Shown here one piece after another: positions 47,488-61,302 of a DNA stretch of 64,000 bases (positions are counted from its first letter, which is position 1; the number at the start of each line of letters is the position of its first letter). This stretch comes from Tubulanus polymorphus. Its lineage: Eukaryota > Animalia > Nemertea. Under the pieces are notes generated by a model, which ran no database searches, had not been told where the DNA came from, and worked only from the letters and a program-made list of their open reading frames with translations. The DNA lies in the NCBI RefSeq assembly GCF_964204645.1, contig NC_134029.1, positions 9,636,850-9,700,849 of the forward strand, read 5' to 3'. The position numbers were made by a program, and so were the translations under genes.

Positions 47488-47975
47488 AACAAGAATGTCG
47501 CTGAAACGCCCGAGTGTAAAATACACCCCGAGTGTATGTCGACCTATTTCTGAAGGCAGAAAATGAAAAATACAAAATTGACCTTTGACCTACAGGGCTC
47601 GAAATCTAATCAGTCACGGTCTCTAGGGTAACCCATCCAATAAATTTCACAAAGTTATCTTATACCGTTTATGAATTAAGAGCCCGGAAATGAAAAATAC
47701 AAAATAGCTCCTGGTGACCTTGACCTTCAGGACCTGAAATGTAGTCAGTTACTTGAGGATAACCCATCCAAAAAATGTCACCAAATTATCTTTAACCATC
47801 TATGAGATAGAGCCCGGAAATGAAAAATACATAACAGCTTTCAGTAACCTTGACCTTTGACCAACACGACCTGAAATCTAATCAGTTACCCACGGTCCCT
47901 ATGATGACCCATCCATAGAATTTCAGTAGTTATCTTAAACTGTTTATGAGTTAAAGCCCAAAAATAGAGCATAAA
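47488..47975. mobile_element. HINE-like element with ~128-bp TGACCTTGACCTTTGACC units
   Basis: AAATGAAAAATAC recurs at ~47562, 47688, 47818; starts AACAAGAATG. Confidence 0.55.
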
Positions 47976-49645
47976 AATAGCACCCCACTACTTAAGTCAA
48001 TGGATTATTAAGCGAACCTTGAGACTATGACATCGATGGATTAACTGGAGTTTCTCATATTTCCTACTGACCTCAATAGATTACAGATGTTTCATACTTT
48101 TTCCCCTTTCAAGTGTATGCTCCCAACAGCTGTCAGCTGATATGGATTACGCATAAGAATTTACATAAAAATTGGACAACAGGACCATGCATTTGTCTAC
48201 GGAATAAGTGAAAATTCGGATTATGGAGTACGAATTAGACACAGAATTTTAAAGTGAATAATGTTACTGAAAATTGAATTACCAATTTATTTATAAATGG
48301 AATAAGCACTTATACGGTTTAACCGGAGACGGATTAACCGAGGTTGACTGGTCCAGATATCAACAAGTCGACATTGATTTCGTTCGATTGTCTGAGGGTG
48401 GGTGCAGACAGCAGTATTAGCATCAATTCACATCACACTCAACTTGATCTACTGATCATGTGACTAAAGGTGATCCAATTCAATGACTTAAATTGTGACA
48501 GGTGCAGTATGTCGAGTTGTTGCTAGTGTGCGTGGGGAACATCTTTCAGCGTCAATGTCACTGATAAATTGTGTAGCGGCTCAAATGTTTTCGTGATTCA
48601 GTATGGATTTTTGAAATGTGAAGTCGTAAGTGATTTACATCTAAAAAAATCCAGCAACTTTGAAATCCTGTCGTGCTCCAATTGCTAATGAACAACTTCA
48701 GAAACTCAGAATTTTGCATTGTCTCCTTGCATGAATTAAATCAATGAAACTGATATCTTAATATATGTTTTATCTAGATTTTTTATTACAATAAGTCAAT
48801 AACTTAAAAAATTCAAGTACAAATTGTACATTCTTTATACAAATATTGGTATGGCAAAAAATTCAATATTTTCCCGCTTATAAAGATAGATGTTTTATTG
48901 AATAGTGTGACTCATAGATACTAAAATAAGGACAGACCTGACAATGACTACTATTTGAGACTAGTTCTACTATTTGAGACTAGTTCTACTATTTCAAGAA
49001 CTTTACTCGTAAAAAATATCAAAATACTCTCGGGAATTGGAATAATTTCAGGCTCATTTTCAATTGAACTACTATCTTTAATGTCAAATTACTCTAATTA
49101 CTACAATTCCAGTAATCGGGAAGTCTGGTCTGTATAATAGCCTCGGCAACTTGGATAAACACTTTTAATAGAAACTGCTCTATGTACAAGACACACGATC
49201 AGCTTTGTCCACGAAATTTCATGCACACGTATGTACTTTGAAATAATAAAAAAGGCTGGTCCTGAAAGTGTCATTCAAAACATAACAGACTAATCGACCT
49301 AACAGGCTGAAGGAATTCCGAATGCAATCCTGCGGAATTCCCTGCTATGATATGAATTAGAAATTTTCTACTATATATAATTTGAGCCATAAAATTGGCC
49401 ACAAATTGGGACGATTTAAAAATATCTTAGGAACCACTATTCCATGTGGATATTCTGATCAATATGAAAAGCAAACAGTAGTAGCAATTAACTCGATGAT
49501 GAAAACAGGTCAGTGGTATCATTTCAAGACACATTCTTGCATGATATAGGCCTTATGCTAATTTTCTATCCGGAAATCCAGGGGTATGAACATATTCGCC
49601 AGGGCAGATCTAGCAACCAATGTTGAGGGTAACACAACTTTTAAA

Positions 49646-49770
49646 CTAGGGGTCCAGGGACACCATGCCCACTTGGGATGGGGTTTCACATGCTCAACAA
49701 TCTAACAAATCAATATTCAATGCCCCCTGGTGACCATATATTGAACCTAATGACCTGGAAACTCACTGCA
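49646..49770 (-). mobile_element. HINE family A 3'-end fragment
   Basis: CTAGGGGTCCAGGGACACCATGCCCACTTGGGA...CCCCCTGGTGACCATATA. Confidence 0.8.
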
Positions 49771-50459
49771 TTTACTCACACCAGAACCGAGAAATCGTGA
49801 CTACATGCACTCTCACTGAATGAAAACATTGTCAAAAATGTCTTTTAGTCTTCAACATGCCTTGTGTATCCTGGCTGATTGACATGAAGGACCAAGGTGC
49901 ATGTGTACAATTTCACACAACACCACATTTAATGTGTTTTGTCAAACAAATTTATCCGACACACAACAATTGTTTACTCATCACAGTTCATCAACCATGA
50001 AATAACATATCAACTTTGTAATCAAACTCATGGCATCTAATACTGGTAAGCTCGAAACCCCAATAAAATGAAAAAGAACAGCAGGAAGACATACTGACAC
50101 CTGCCTGAACGGTTTTTATTTCATTTTTTGTAAACCAAGAATTAATTTTCAACCACTCAGATTGGCAGGTTTTTATTCTACTGGGTCACAGCCTAAGCTT
50201 TTTGCACCCGGCCAGAAATGAAAAACAAGGTATAAATTTTTTTTGGCCTTATGGATGGACAAATTGTTAATTATTCAATACTTAACTCCCCCCTGGTGCC
50301 AAGAACGAAGAATTGGGTGATCCCAATTCCATGTGAGGAGATATATCCTATGCCAGTGCTAATATAATTAAAAATCACAAATTTCGATGAAAAATGGCAA
50401 ACCTTTAGGATGCAACGGGTCTCAGAATTCAGGCCAAAATTGAGATTTTTTGGTACAAA

Positions 50460-53136
50460 CTAGGGGTCCAGGGACACCATGCCCAGTTGGGAAGTGGTTT
50501 CAAATGCTCAACAATCTAACAGTTTCAATATTCAACGCCCCCTGGTGACCATATACAACCAGAAAGAAACTTTCCATGATGGGTTTCTGTGTAATTGTTT
50601 CTGTTTCATTCACCGAACTCGCTGTCAAAAAGGCGATTCTCGATATAAATAGTAATGGGTTTTCCCCGCGGGATACCCGCTTTGGGAAAGGCACCTGAAT
50701 CGATGCTACGAGTTCGAATCCCAATATTTAGACGTAATTTATTATTCTTTGAAATATTCTTAGAATTTCTATTTATGATAGGATGTGCAGGTTTTGATTT
50801 GGTAATGATGTTAATAAAAGTTAACCTCTTAAGGTATTGTTTTCTATCTATTATTTGTGACGGATTAGTTTTGATGCTCCTCACAACCCGCCCCACCACG
50901 TGTCACTTATTCATGGACACGCAGATTGTATCATTTGTAATAGGCCTACCACAGGAAAGAGTCCATGGCCTACCGTAGAATAGTAGGGCCTACCGATCAC
51001 GCTATGTGCGATGAAAGTAGTGTTTGAATAAAACAAATTTTTAATGAAATAAACATTATTTATCATAATTAATCAATAGATCAGGTGCCGCCTAAATAAT
51101 TGTTTGTTTCGTGAAATTTGTACAAAACTTTGCGACTTCGTCATGTCTTGTGACCCTGAAAATACTAGAAGAATCATCGGTAAGCTTATAAAACGGCGAG
51201 GTCAACATAGTAACAACAACTTCGGGGATTGAAAAAAAAAACTCGAAAGAATTATTTCTTATACTGATGAGTTATACTGATGGGAAATAGCGACCGTCAT
51301 TGACACCGGTTATTTATCCATTCACTATCAAATGTGACGAGCCCAATAAATGATTGCGCATAGATTCGGCCTCTCAGCATTTAGCACAGCAGTTCCAAGA
51401 AGTGTTAAGACCGATCAGCGCGCGCGCTATCTAAAACCGGTGCTAGTACGATCAATATCTACAGGTATATACGTGTTCAGTATTACACAGCGAGTACCAG
51501 TATGTTGATCGAGCGTCGTCGTAGCAACGCGCTATACAGCGGCTTGAACTAGCGAGTAACGTTAATTATCTTTTAACCAAATTAGAGCACTTATAACCAT
51601 CGGAATCAAATATAAACCAAGCTGCACCATCTACATCAAGTAGAGAATACCTGTGTGAAATTACAGAATTGTCGGTCCACACAAACAGCTTAAATCGTGT
51701 CATAAAGAAACATCCACAGACGGACAGACAGACAGACATGACGACGATGCCATAGATGGGTTCGTCTGACGACGAAACCCATCAAAAACCAATGACCTTG
51801 AAACTCACCACAATCATAAAACATGTCAGCAGCTACGATTTTGTAATTGATTGTGATAACAAAATATGCCTCGTTACCAATCTAATGTGGAAATTCTAAG
51901 TTATTCTACTATTCAACGCCCCCTGGTGACCATATTCAAACCCAATAACCTTGTAACTCACCACAATCATAGAACATGTCATGAACTACAACTTTGCAAT
52001 TGATCATGGTAACAAAATATGCCTAGGTCCCAATATAATATGGAAATACTAGGTTATTCTACTATTCAACACCCCCTGGTGACCATATAGAATAACTGAT
52101 TTCCTTAAAACTCACCAAAATCATAGACAATGTCATGAGCTACAACTTTGCAATTGATTGTGGTAACAAAATATGTATTGGTACAAATATAATATAGAAA
52201 TACTAAGATATTGTATTATTCAACACCCCCTGGTGGCCAAATACAAAAACCAATGAACTTGAAACTCACCACAATCATAGAACATGTCATGAACTACAAC
52301 TTTGCAATTGATCATGGTAACAAAATATGCCTAGGTCCCAATATAATAAGGAAATACTAGGTTATTCTACTATTCAACACCCCCTGGTGACCATATAGAA
52401 TAACAAATTTCCTTAAAACTCACCAAAATCATAGACAATGTCATGAGCTACAACTTTGCAATTGATTGTGGTAACAAAATATGTATTGGTACAAATATAA
52501 TATAGAAATACTAAGATATTGTATTATTCAACACCCCCTGGTGGCCAAATACAAAAACCAATGAACTTGAAACTCACCACAATCATAGAACACGTTATAC
52601 GCTACAACTTTCTAATTCATTCTTGTAACAAAATATGCTTAGGTATCAATATAATGTCGAAAAACTTTTTCCCACCTACGAATGAGTACTAATGACACCA
52701 AGATGGCCGCCAATTGCGTCCTAATTGGCTGATCAAAAATACCTGTCTCAGGTATAAAACAGCCCTTTCCAAAGAATACCCATCAGCAATTGCAATGAGA
52801 AATGGCATTTGGGCACTTAAAAGGTCAATTATATACGAAAGATCAAGGTAATTGATCAAGGCGTCTTCAAAATTTTCCTCAAAAAGTTCAAAAAGAGTGC
52901 TGATTTTGGCAAACAACAATGGCTGCCAGTCGGCCATCTTCATTCTGACAGGGCCATTTTTGGGGCTGAAGATGCATGTGTCTAGGGTAGATACATGTGT
53001 AACCCAAATATCAAGACATTACATTGAAGCGTCTTCAAAACTTCCCAAAATAACTGGATTCCATCAACTGACCGACGGATGACGGACGAAAAGTGAACGC
53101 AATAGCCTGCTGGGACTAAAGTCCCAAGTGGGCTAA
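50460..53136 (-). mobile_element. HINE family A copy with six tandem-unit motifs and a nested family B element
   Basis: Both ends intact; CCCCCTGGTG motifs at ~50538, 51918, 52072, 52226, 52381, 52533. Confidence 0.85.
50559..51785 (-). mobile_element. HINE family B, complete, nested in family A
   Basis: subTIR GATGGGTTTC/GAAACCCATC, (GTCT)n, 3' hairpin GAAAGTTTCTTTC; host CATATACAAAAACC is split. Confidence 0.8.
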
Positions 53137-53393
53137 AAATGTGTCCTTTTTACTTTTGGGATTGAGAGAGATGACTAAAAGTGCCCTTTCTCTACCTTTG
53201 GTATTTATAGGGACGACTAAATGTGCCCTTGTTACTTTGGGAATGAGAAAAAAATTATAAATGGGCACAAAATTTTTGCAACGGTAGCACATGCCTACGA
53301 TGCTAACGTCTGAATCTGCCCCTGATTCTAGAGGTAAGATGATTTGAAAGACCATCTAAATGCACAATGCGAAAACTAGAATAGATGCAGATA

Positions 53394-53492
53394 TCATAAT
53401 TCATTGCGAACGCTACTCATTCGTGGACCTTTCTTAATAGTTCGTTTCTTTTTCTTGCTTTTTCCTTCCTTGGCCATTTGTTTAGCTACCAT
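53394..53492 (-). CDS. CCDC134: CCDC134 last coding exon
   Basis: tttcag|MVAKQMAKEGKSKKKKRTIKKGPRMSSVRNEL*. Confidence 0.9.
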   Translation of the reverse strand: MVAKQMAKEGKSKKKKRTIKKGPRMSSVRNEL

Positions 53493-56400
53493 CTGAAATT
53501 GGAAAATATTGCACTAAAAAATGTAATTCAAATGGAACTGTTCATGCGGTATGATGTGGTCCACGAAAGTGCCACTGACCTAGCGCTCAGGTTGGGAATG
53601 TTAACAGTGTAGCGATACTCAACAAAATTCCAATTTTGATATCAGATGTTAACTGGATCAGAACGCTTACCTTTTCATATTCTGCAGTATATGGGTTCAC
53701 ATAACTAGGATCTCGGTCAATAAAATTAAGTTCCTGCGCCATCTGAAAAACACCATAAATACTGTCATACAGGTGTAATACAATTCGGTGCAATGTCAGT
53801 GTAATCTCCCATTTTTCTTTCAAATTAAGAAAAAATTTCTTTCTAATCTCTCAAACATATTTTTAATAATACAATTACCGGTAGTAGTTTATATACACTC
53901 CTACTGTATATTTTGGTACATAGAAAGATCATGATAGAATATACCATCAAATGAAAGATATATTTCAGAAACACTAAACAAACATGTACCAAACAGTACT
54001 GAATTCAAATATTGCCAGCATGATGCAACAGTTTATTTCATTGAGCATCAATGGGCCACAATACCGGCATTCTCAACACTCTATGGTGGTAAGACGAAAA
54101 AATATCTTTTTTTGTCCTCCACGAAAATGTTCACAAACAAATCTTACTTCGCAAAAACAAACTTTTAACGTGCAAAAACGAAATAATCTGTTTTTGCACG
54201 AAAAACAAATCTTACCGCGAAAAAACAAACTTTTAACGCGCAAAAACTAATCTAACCGCGCAAAAACTAATTTTTAACGCTCAAAAACGTGAAAAAACAT
54301 ATATTCAAATAAATTACACGCTACTATGATGTCCCGCTGTCGCCATCAATTAGATTAAACAGTTACTAAATAAATAACTAATCTATGTTGTTGTCGTATT
54401 AATTAATTTCAAAAGAAAACTAACTTTATTAAAGATTACGACCCCTTGATAAATTAAATATATGCATATATCGCTTGATATTGTCTTCGACTGATCACAA
54501 TACGATGAAGTTATATTGAGCTTGAATATTCCAATAGTTGAATTGGATTGACCGGCAACCCCATAACACATTGATGACGTAGGCATATCAGCCCACACAC
54601 AACCATTAAGATAACGCGTAGTAGTTATTAATGTATATAAACATATAATGGTTTTTACGGCATCACAAAACCTGTTTGAAATATGAATAAAAACGTCGTC
54701 GTAATTTTCTGCTAGTTTTCTCCCTTACATATAGAGATTTATCTTCATTTTCTGAGAGAGATTCATTTTCTGAGAGACATTTCTAGCAAAACATTAGATT
54801 GGAATCTGCAGCACTTGGTACAAACGTTAGATAGAAATATCATGCGCGTTATATTTTTCACAAAAAACGAACTCCCATGTTAAACCATGCATCCAGAATT
54901 GTAGATACAGAATCATCTAAAATAAATAAAATTTGATGGTGTTCGTTTGTTAACATTGCTTTACGGCGCTCAGACCTCTTTGTTTCCCATGACTAACCCT
55001 ATTGGATAGTATGTAATGTTTCAGCAGTTGGGTATTTTAGTTGGGTTAAATCGAACAAGCAATTTTCAGAATGTTCTATCAGTTCTATTTTATATTCAAA
55101 CGTTATGTTAATGAGGACTGGGACAAGATTATCACGGAGTTACTGTTTAATATAGTAGATCATGACAGCGTAACATCATACCAGCAGGCGTGATATTCTT
55201 CTAATTTCACGACCACGCAAAAACAAAAGTTTGTTTCAGCACGCGTACAAACCTTCGTTTACGTGCAGGGGCAAAAACAAACTTTTAGCGCGTAAAACGG
55301 AATATTTCATTTTTGCCTGTTAAAAGTTTGTTTTTGCGCAGTAAGATTTGTTTTCGGAATATTTTGTTTTTGCGCGTTAAGTTTTTTTTTTTTTTTGCGG
55401 TAATATTTTTACCAGGTTGACTTATTCCTTATGATTTGCTTACACAGTAGACTCCGGTTACCTCGGATCTCTGGCGACCGTTGGGAAATTATCCGAGGTG
55501 ATCGATGTCCGACCAGATCGGTGTTCACCGTAATAAAAAAGGTATTTCTAAAGAAAAGTGTTAAAAGGCTTAATACACTTAATTACCTGTGTTTGAATGA
55601 TTATTGGGATTCTTATCGTCAATAAATGGGATTTAAGCCAACAGATTTTTTTTTTCTTATTCTTGATGATTATTACCTATTTCATAGAATTCGATCACTT
55701 CTTGTTTTTTTCAACGCTGTGTGCCTGCAGTTTCTGCTTCGAATGCGTAGATCAATGAGTGAGTTAGTTGCATGAATGAATGAGTACTATGTGTGTGATT
55801 GAATGTATAAATGAAAATAATACCGTAGAATGTAGGTCAGGTCACTGTCGGAAATAAATACATGTTCCGGTCGATACTCAGAATGACCCATAAGAAAACA
55901 CACGCGCGCTCTCAGTGTCCGAGGTGGGCGATAAAACGATCGTTTGTTCCAGTAAAAACCTCCGAGTTGAATGATAATCCGACCTGATCGGCTCGAGCCA
56001 AGCGATATATTGTAATTGAGGATGTGTTACAGCAAAAAGGGTATTCATTTTTAATCCGAGGCAACCGATTATCCGAGACAGTCGGCTCCGAGGCAACCGG
56101 AGTTTACAGTACCAACCATCCTTTATATTTAAACTATATGGCCAGACACGTTCAAAATGAAATTAATTGACGCAGACCGGTTTTTTGGTAATGTAAATTA
56201 GATGGGTGAAACATAACATGAAGTCATCAGTTGCAACGTCGTTTGTATACAAGGTAGGACCTTCATGGTCCCTTTGACTCATTCCATGAATATGGATGGG
56301 TGGTTCATGTGTCAGAGATATTGCAATATTTCTCACAAGATTACTAGATTAGGGTAACTTTTGCGAATCTTGGAACGAGCACATCCTACTATCTTACTAA

Positions 56401-59318
56401 AGAAGCAAAAACTCCAGAACTTATTATGTAATAGAGGATCAAGTACTCACCAGATTCAAAAGTTCATTATCAGTACTGGCAAATATGCTGGAACTGTTAC
56501 TGAAACTAACGGCCCAACCCATCAGCAGCACCCATTCTTTATTACCATCATAGATTTTATGAGTTATATCTGGGAGTCTGAGTGCGAGGTCCCCGAAAAA
56601 GGCTGTGTTCTCCACGACATTCGAAAATGCTGAAAGATAAGAAAAGTCTGCGGTTAAGAAAACTGGACATCCTTTTCTATTCCTCAAGTGCTCCTACGTG
56701 ATAGAATTCATCAGGTCTACAGACCCCTTAGCAAGCATGCGCTTACAATCACCCTGATGAGTCCATTGCCAACGTTTTACGTAAACAACAAATGATTTAA
56801 TTTCATAAGTAATGTTTTCAGTGCCAATACACATAGCAACTATTAAGAGCCTATCCTAAATCTATGCGTACAGGTGGAAAGTGGCAATGAGGATAAATAC
56901 ATAAAGGTAATGTTTGGGCTTTGAACCCATGACTAAGCACACCAAAGTCGAACGCTCTAACCACATGCCCATAGCTTTTCAAGTGGCAGATTCAGGCCAA
57001 GATCCGAGGGTCTCATAATACATTTTAAGGACAGAACTGTAAGGGGTAGATGCACTTTTACAATTTTCTTTTCACATGGTGGAATGAATTCAGTCTCAGC
57101 TCCCACTACAGTAGACATTTCAAGTGAAGTTAAAGAATTCCCACACATATTTACCATCTCTGACGGTTTCATTAGTCGGCAAAGGATCGCCTGGTGAGAA
57201 ACCAACCTCTTGTAACGTAGCCTTACTTGATCCTAAAACCTGGAAAAAACCCGTTAATGAAATTCCAGTTTGAAAGGAAAAATGTGACATAAAATTGTCA
57301 AATTTTGCTAGTGTATGATTGTAACTGCTGCAGTAGAGAAATCAATCCCATTCAAGCATTTATCATTGCAGGCCCTATCTTGGGGGAGGGGGGAGAGTTC
57401 TATTATTATCATGAAAGTGGAACTTAGATGCGGGGCAAACACCACCTAAGACGCATCATGCTCCCTCAAAAGATGAAATTTAGGTAAAACAAGGTGCATT
57501 GTTTACTTTTTCTGATATTGGCGTGGAAGCAGATAAAATTCCTTCAGTTCTTCAAATCACCTGGTTCCCAAAAAATTGTCCTATTATTAAGGACCTTCTA
57601 TGAAAGAGTCATGTCCAAGTTTATCAGTATTTTCAAAAATTTTCCAGTAGTCCCCAATTTTCAAACCAGATGGCGTTTTAAAAATCTGAATTGAGGTCAT
57701 AAAAATCTGTATTAGGGTAAATGGCGTCGGAACAAAATTTGTATCCCGACTTCTGAAACTATACTAGTGCGCCATCTTCATCTTAGTACAGATGGCACAG
57801 TATTGCTGTGTCATATTGAGAGTATAATTTGACCAGTATGATTCTGAGAGATTTAAGAAGGAGCGATGCAATTTGCTATAAAAACTATTAATTTTTTCCG
57901 TAATTTATCAAATTTTTTTCAGTATTCTTAGGGGAATTAAAAACTGTTACAATTTTCCAAAAACATAACGCCGTATTTTCACATGATTTCATGGAACAGT
58001 TAAGGAAAAATCATAACAGTTGGCAGCTCTGTACAAATGAGTCAGTTTCTTAACTAGGGGTCCAGGGACACCATGCCCACTTGGGAAGTGATTTCCAAAT
58101 GCTCAACTGTCTCGGGTATAAAAGATAACTTTCCAAAGAATACCAATCATAAATGAAAAATGGCAAACCAGTAGGAAGCTACATGACTCAGAATTCGGGC
58201 CAAAATTGGCATTTTTGGATGCAAAAAAGGTCAAAAGGACGGCTATCTTGAGTCCTATTGACCCAGTTTTTCTTACACTGATGGGCCCTTGGGGGATTTA
58301 AATATATAAGAAAGATCAAGGTAATTAATCAAAGAGTCTTCAAAATTTCCCCCAAAAACTTGAAAAATGTGCAAAAAGTGCAGATTTTGGCTGCCAGTCG
58401 GCCATCTTGATTCTGACAGGGCCAGATTTTGGGCTGAAGATGTGTCTAGGGTAGATACATGCATAAACCAAATATCAAGACATTAAATTGAAGCCTCTTT
58501 AAACTTCCCATAATAACTGGATTCCATCCACGGACGGATGAACACTATAATGAACGCGCGGATTACGGGGTTAAAGTGAACGCAATAGCCCGCTGGGGCT
58601 AAAGTCCCAAGTGGGCTAAAAACCATGAAGTTTTCTTTAGGCTGTTCAGACCCCCGAACCTCCCCTCATACTGGCCTGCATTGCAATAGATAGTGGCAAT
58701 AAATGACTTAATGGAATTTCTAAATGCCCACATGAGGCTTGATGAGCAAAAATTGGATTGAATATAGTAACCGAATGTCCAGGGAGCAGTTTGAGACCAT
58801 GGTACTTCGTAAATGTAATCACACGGCTCTTTTTCTAACATTTGGATTACTAATCCACTATTAGGAGCATCTATTTAGACTTAGCAATTGCAAATTCTGG
58901 AATGTGTTTAAATCAAAGGGATTTTTGATATTCTGTTAAGCCAGTATCAATGCAAATACGACAACGCCTCATAATCAAAGCATATAGCAAAGCATACAGT
59001 AGACTCTAAAATCCAATCAATTTGTTTTACTGTTAAAATTGGATGTTTGTAGAAATATTTTTGTGAAACTAACTAGGCCCATATGAATATCACCAATATA
59101 ATAGTACTCGGATATCACTCAAGTCAGACAAATTTTGAGGGTCCCAAAAGGTGCAGTTTTAGCGGTGTCTACAGTATAGGCCTACCTGAAGTTTACCTTA
59201 AAGAGTTTTTCAATTCCCATTGACAGCATTTTATATTGTTTCTCATACGTGTCTATACCAAGAAGAGCAGTAAGTGCTTGTTGATGAATTTTACGTTGCT
59301 GTTTGAAGAGTTTCAGAT
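53394..59318 (-). CDS. CCDC134: CCDC134 orthologue, 5 coding exons in the window (59197-59318, 57155-57239, 56451-56629, 53671-53742, 53394-53492); N-terminal signal-peptide exon not found in the window
   Basis: Spliced product ..[15 protein letters not shown]...[23 protein letters not shown]...[30 protein letters not shown]...W...LNL|MAQELNFIDRDPSYVNPY...|...KKGPRMSSVRNEL* matches human CCDC134 (QYKILDVMLKGLFK VLEDS...[21 protein letters not shown]...MAQELG...KGPRISRSQSEL). Phases are consistent. Confidence 0.94.
53671..53742 (-). CDS. CCDC134: CCDC134 exon
   Basis: tttttcag|MAQELNFIDRDPSYVNPYTAEYEK|gtaagc. Confidence 0.92.
54082..55420. mobile_element. Foldback-like element with tandem-repeat inverted arms
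   Basis: AAACAAATCTTACTTCGCAAAAACAAACTTTTAAC (~54135) vs GTTAAAAGTTTGTTTTTGCGCAGTAAGATTTGTTT (~55319); left end TATGGTGG. Confidence 0.55.
55445..56109. mobile_element. Tc1/pogo-like MITE
   Basis: CAGTAGACTCCGGTTACCTCGGA / TCCGAGGCAACCGGAGTTTACAG-TA. Confidence 0.65.
56451..56629 (-). CDS. CCDC134: CCDC134 exon (most conserved core)
   Basis: ctttcag|(A)[42 protein letters not shown]...LLNL|gtgagt. Confidence 0.95.
57155..57239 (-). CDS. CCDC134: CCDC134 exon
   Basis: ttttccag|[28 protein letters not shown](A)|gtaaat; 85 nt. Confidence 0.88.
58054..58619 (-). mobile_element. HINE family A, deleted copy lacking all 154-bp units
   Basis: Both ends present; junction TGCTCAAC|TGTCTC. Confidence 0.8.
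59197..59318 (-). CDS. CCDC134: CCDC134 exon
   Basis: ccag|AT CTG AAA...TTT AAG|gtaaac; [40 protein letters not shown]. Confidence 0.88.
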
Positions 59319-59672
59319 CTGGTTATAACACGGTCAAGGAAAGATTTCTTAAAACCTTCATAACAAAACAGTGTCCAATACATTTTCTTTTAGACAGCCT
59401 GAATGTTGCGCTAATCTGAAGTTTTGATTTTGTTGTCCTTCGATATTTTTGATATGTCTATATCCCTTTCCAAAGGCAAAGTATACTGGTACCCATTTCA
59501 AATCTCAATGGAATATGTCTGACAATAAAAAGCCACTAACCTCTCATTCAGGATAAAAATTACCTTCTGCCTAATGCTTACTCAAAGCAGTTGAACATTC
59601 TACGGATAGGTTTAGGGTTCATTTTAGTGCTAGGGTTAGGTTTAGTCTATAGGCCTATATCATTTGGTTAAA

Positions 59673-60978
59673 CTAGGGGTCCAGGGACACCATGCCCACT
59701 TGGGAAGTGGTTTCAAATGCTCAACAATCTAACAATTTCAATATTCAACGCCCCCTGGTGACCATTTACAAAAACCAACGACCTTGAAACTCACCACAAT
59801 CATAGAACATGTCAGCAGCTACGATTTTGTAATTGATTGTGATAACAAAATATGCCTCGTTACCAATTTAATATGGAAATACTAAGTCATTCTACTATTC
59901 AACGCCCCCTGGTGACCATATTCAAAACCCAATGACCTCGAAACTCACCACAATCTTAGAACATGTCATGAACTACAACTTTGCAATTGATCATGGTAAC
60001 AAAATATGCCTAGGTACCAATATAATAAGGAAATACTAAGTTATTCTACTATTCAACGCCCCTGGTGACCATATAGAAAAACTAATGTCCTTAAAACTCG
60101 CAACAATCATAGGTGATGTCATGAGCTACAACTTTCCAATTGATGTGGTTACAAAATATGCATAGGTACGAATATAATAAAGAAATGCTAAGATATTGTA
60201 TTATTCAACGCCCCCTGGTGGCCATATACGAAATCCAATTACCTTGAAACTCACCACAATCATAGAACACGTTATTAGCTACAACTTTCTAATTGATTGT
60301 GGTAGCAAAATACGCTTAGGTATCAATATAATGTGGAAAAACTTTTTCCCACTTACGAATGAGTACTGGTGACACAAAGATGGCCGCCAATTGCGTCATA
60401 ATTGGCTGATGAAAAATACCTGTCTCAGGTATAAAACATCCCTTTCCATAGAATACCCATCACAAATTGCAATGAGAAATGGCAAACCAGTAGGAAGCTA
60501 CAGGACTCAGAATTCGGGCCAAAATTAACATTTTTGGGCACTAAAAAGGTCATAGGACGGCCATCTTGAGTCCGACCGACCCAATTTTTGTTATGTTGAT
60601 GGGCCCTGGGTGGATTCACATATATCCGAAAGACCAAGGTAATTGATCAAAGCGTCTTCAAAATTTCCCTCAAAAACTTCAAAAATGTGTAAAAAGTGCT
60701 GATTTTGGCAAACAACAATGGCTGCCAGCCGGCCATCTTGAATCTGACAGGGCCAGTTTTTGGGCTGAAGATGTGTCTAGGGTAGATACATGTAAAAACC
60801 AAATATCAAGACATTACCTTGAAGCGTCTTCAAAACTTCCCAAAATAACTGGATTCCGTCTACGGACGGACGGACGGACGGACGGACGGACGGACGGACG
60901 GACGGACGACAAACGGACGGACGACGGACGAAAAGTGAACTCAATAGTCCGCTGGGACTAAAGTCCCAAGTGGGCTAA
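59673..60978 (-). mobile_element. HINE family A, full-length copy
   Basis: Both ends, expanded (GGAC)n, motifs at ~59751, 59905, 60059, 60211. Confidence 0.88.
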
Positions 60979-61302
60979 AAATTAGGTGGAAGTGAAAGTC
61001 AGTGAGCCTGATTGGACTAGTGGGAAGACATTGCACTGAAGTCTTTTTTTTTTGCTGACATTGATTTTTTGGGGATATTTCTTTTAATCTTTGGAACACA
61101 TACCTCAGTTCAGTCTCAATAGGACCAGTGAAACTGCGCAGTTTAAATAAACGACCATTTTTATCCACTATGCAATGTTTTGAGCTAAAAAGTTTTCTTT
61201 AACTAATTAGAATCAGAGAATAAAGACCCAATATTATGAACCAAATCAGTTGAATCTACATGTACGAGGTAAAATGGTTTGACTTGCTCATTCTTTAGTA
61301 AA

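Noticed and set aside
59605-59645. Telomere-like TTAGGG/TTAGG fragments (also ~13606-13640 in RAP1 intron 1) as a possible shelterin autoregulatory site
   Set aside because: Only a few degenerate units; consistent with chance or repeat debris.
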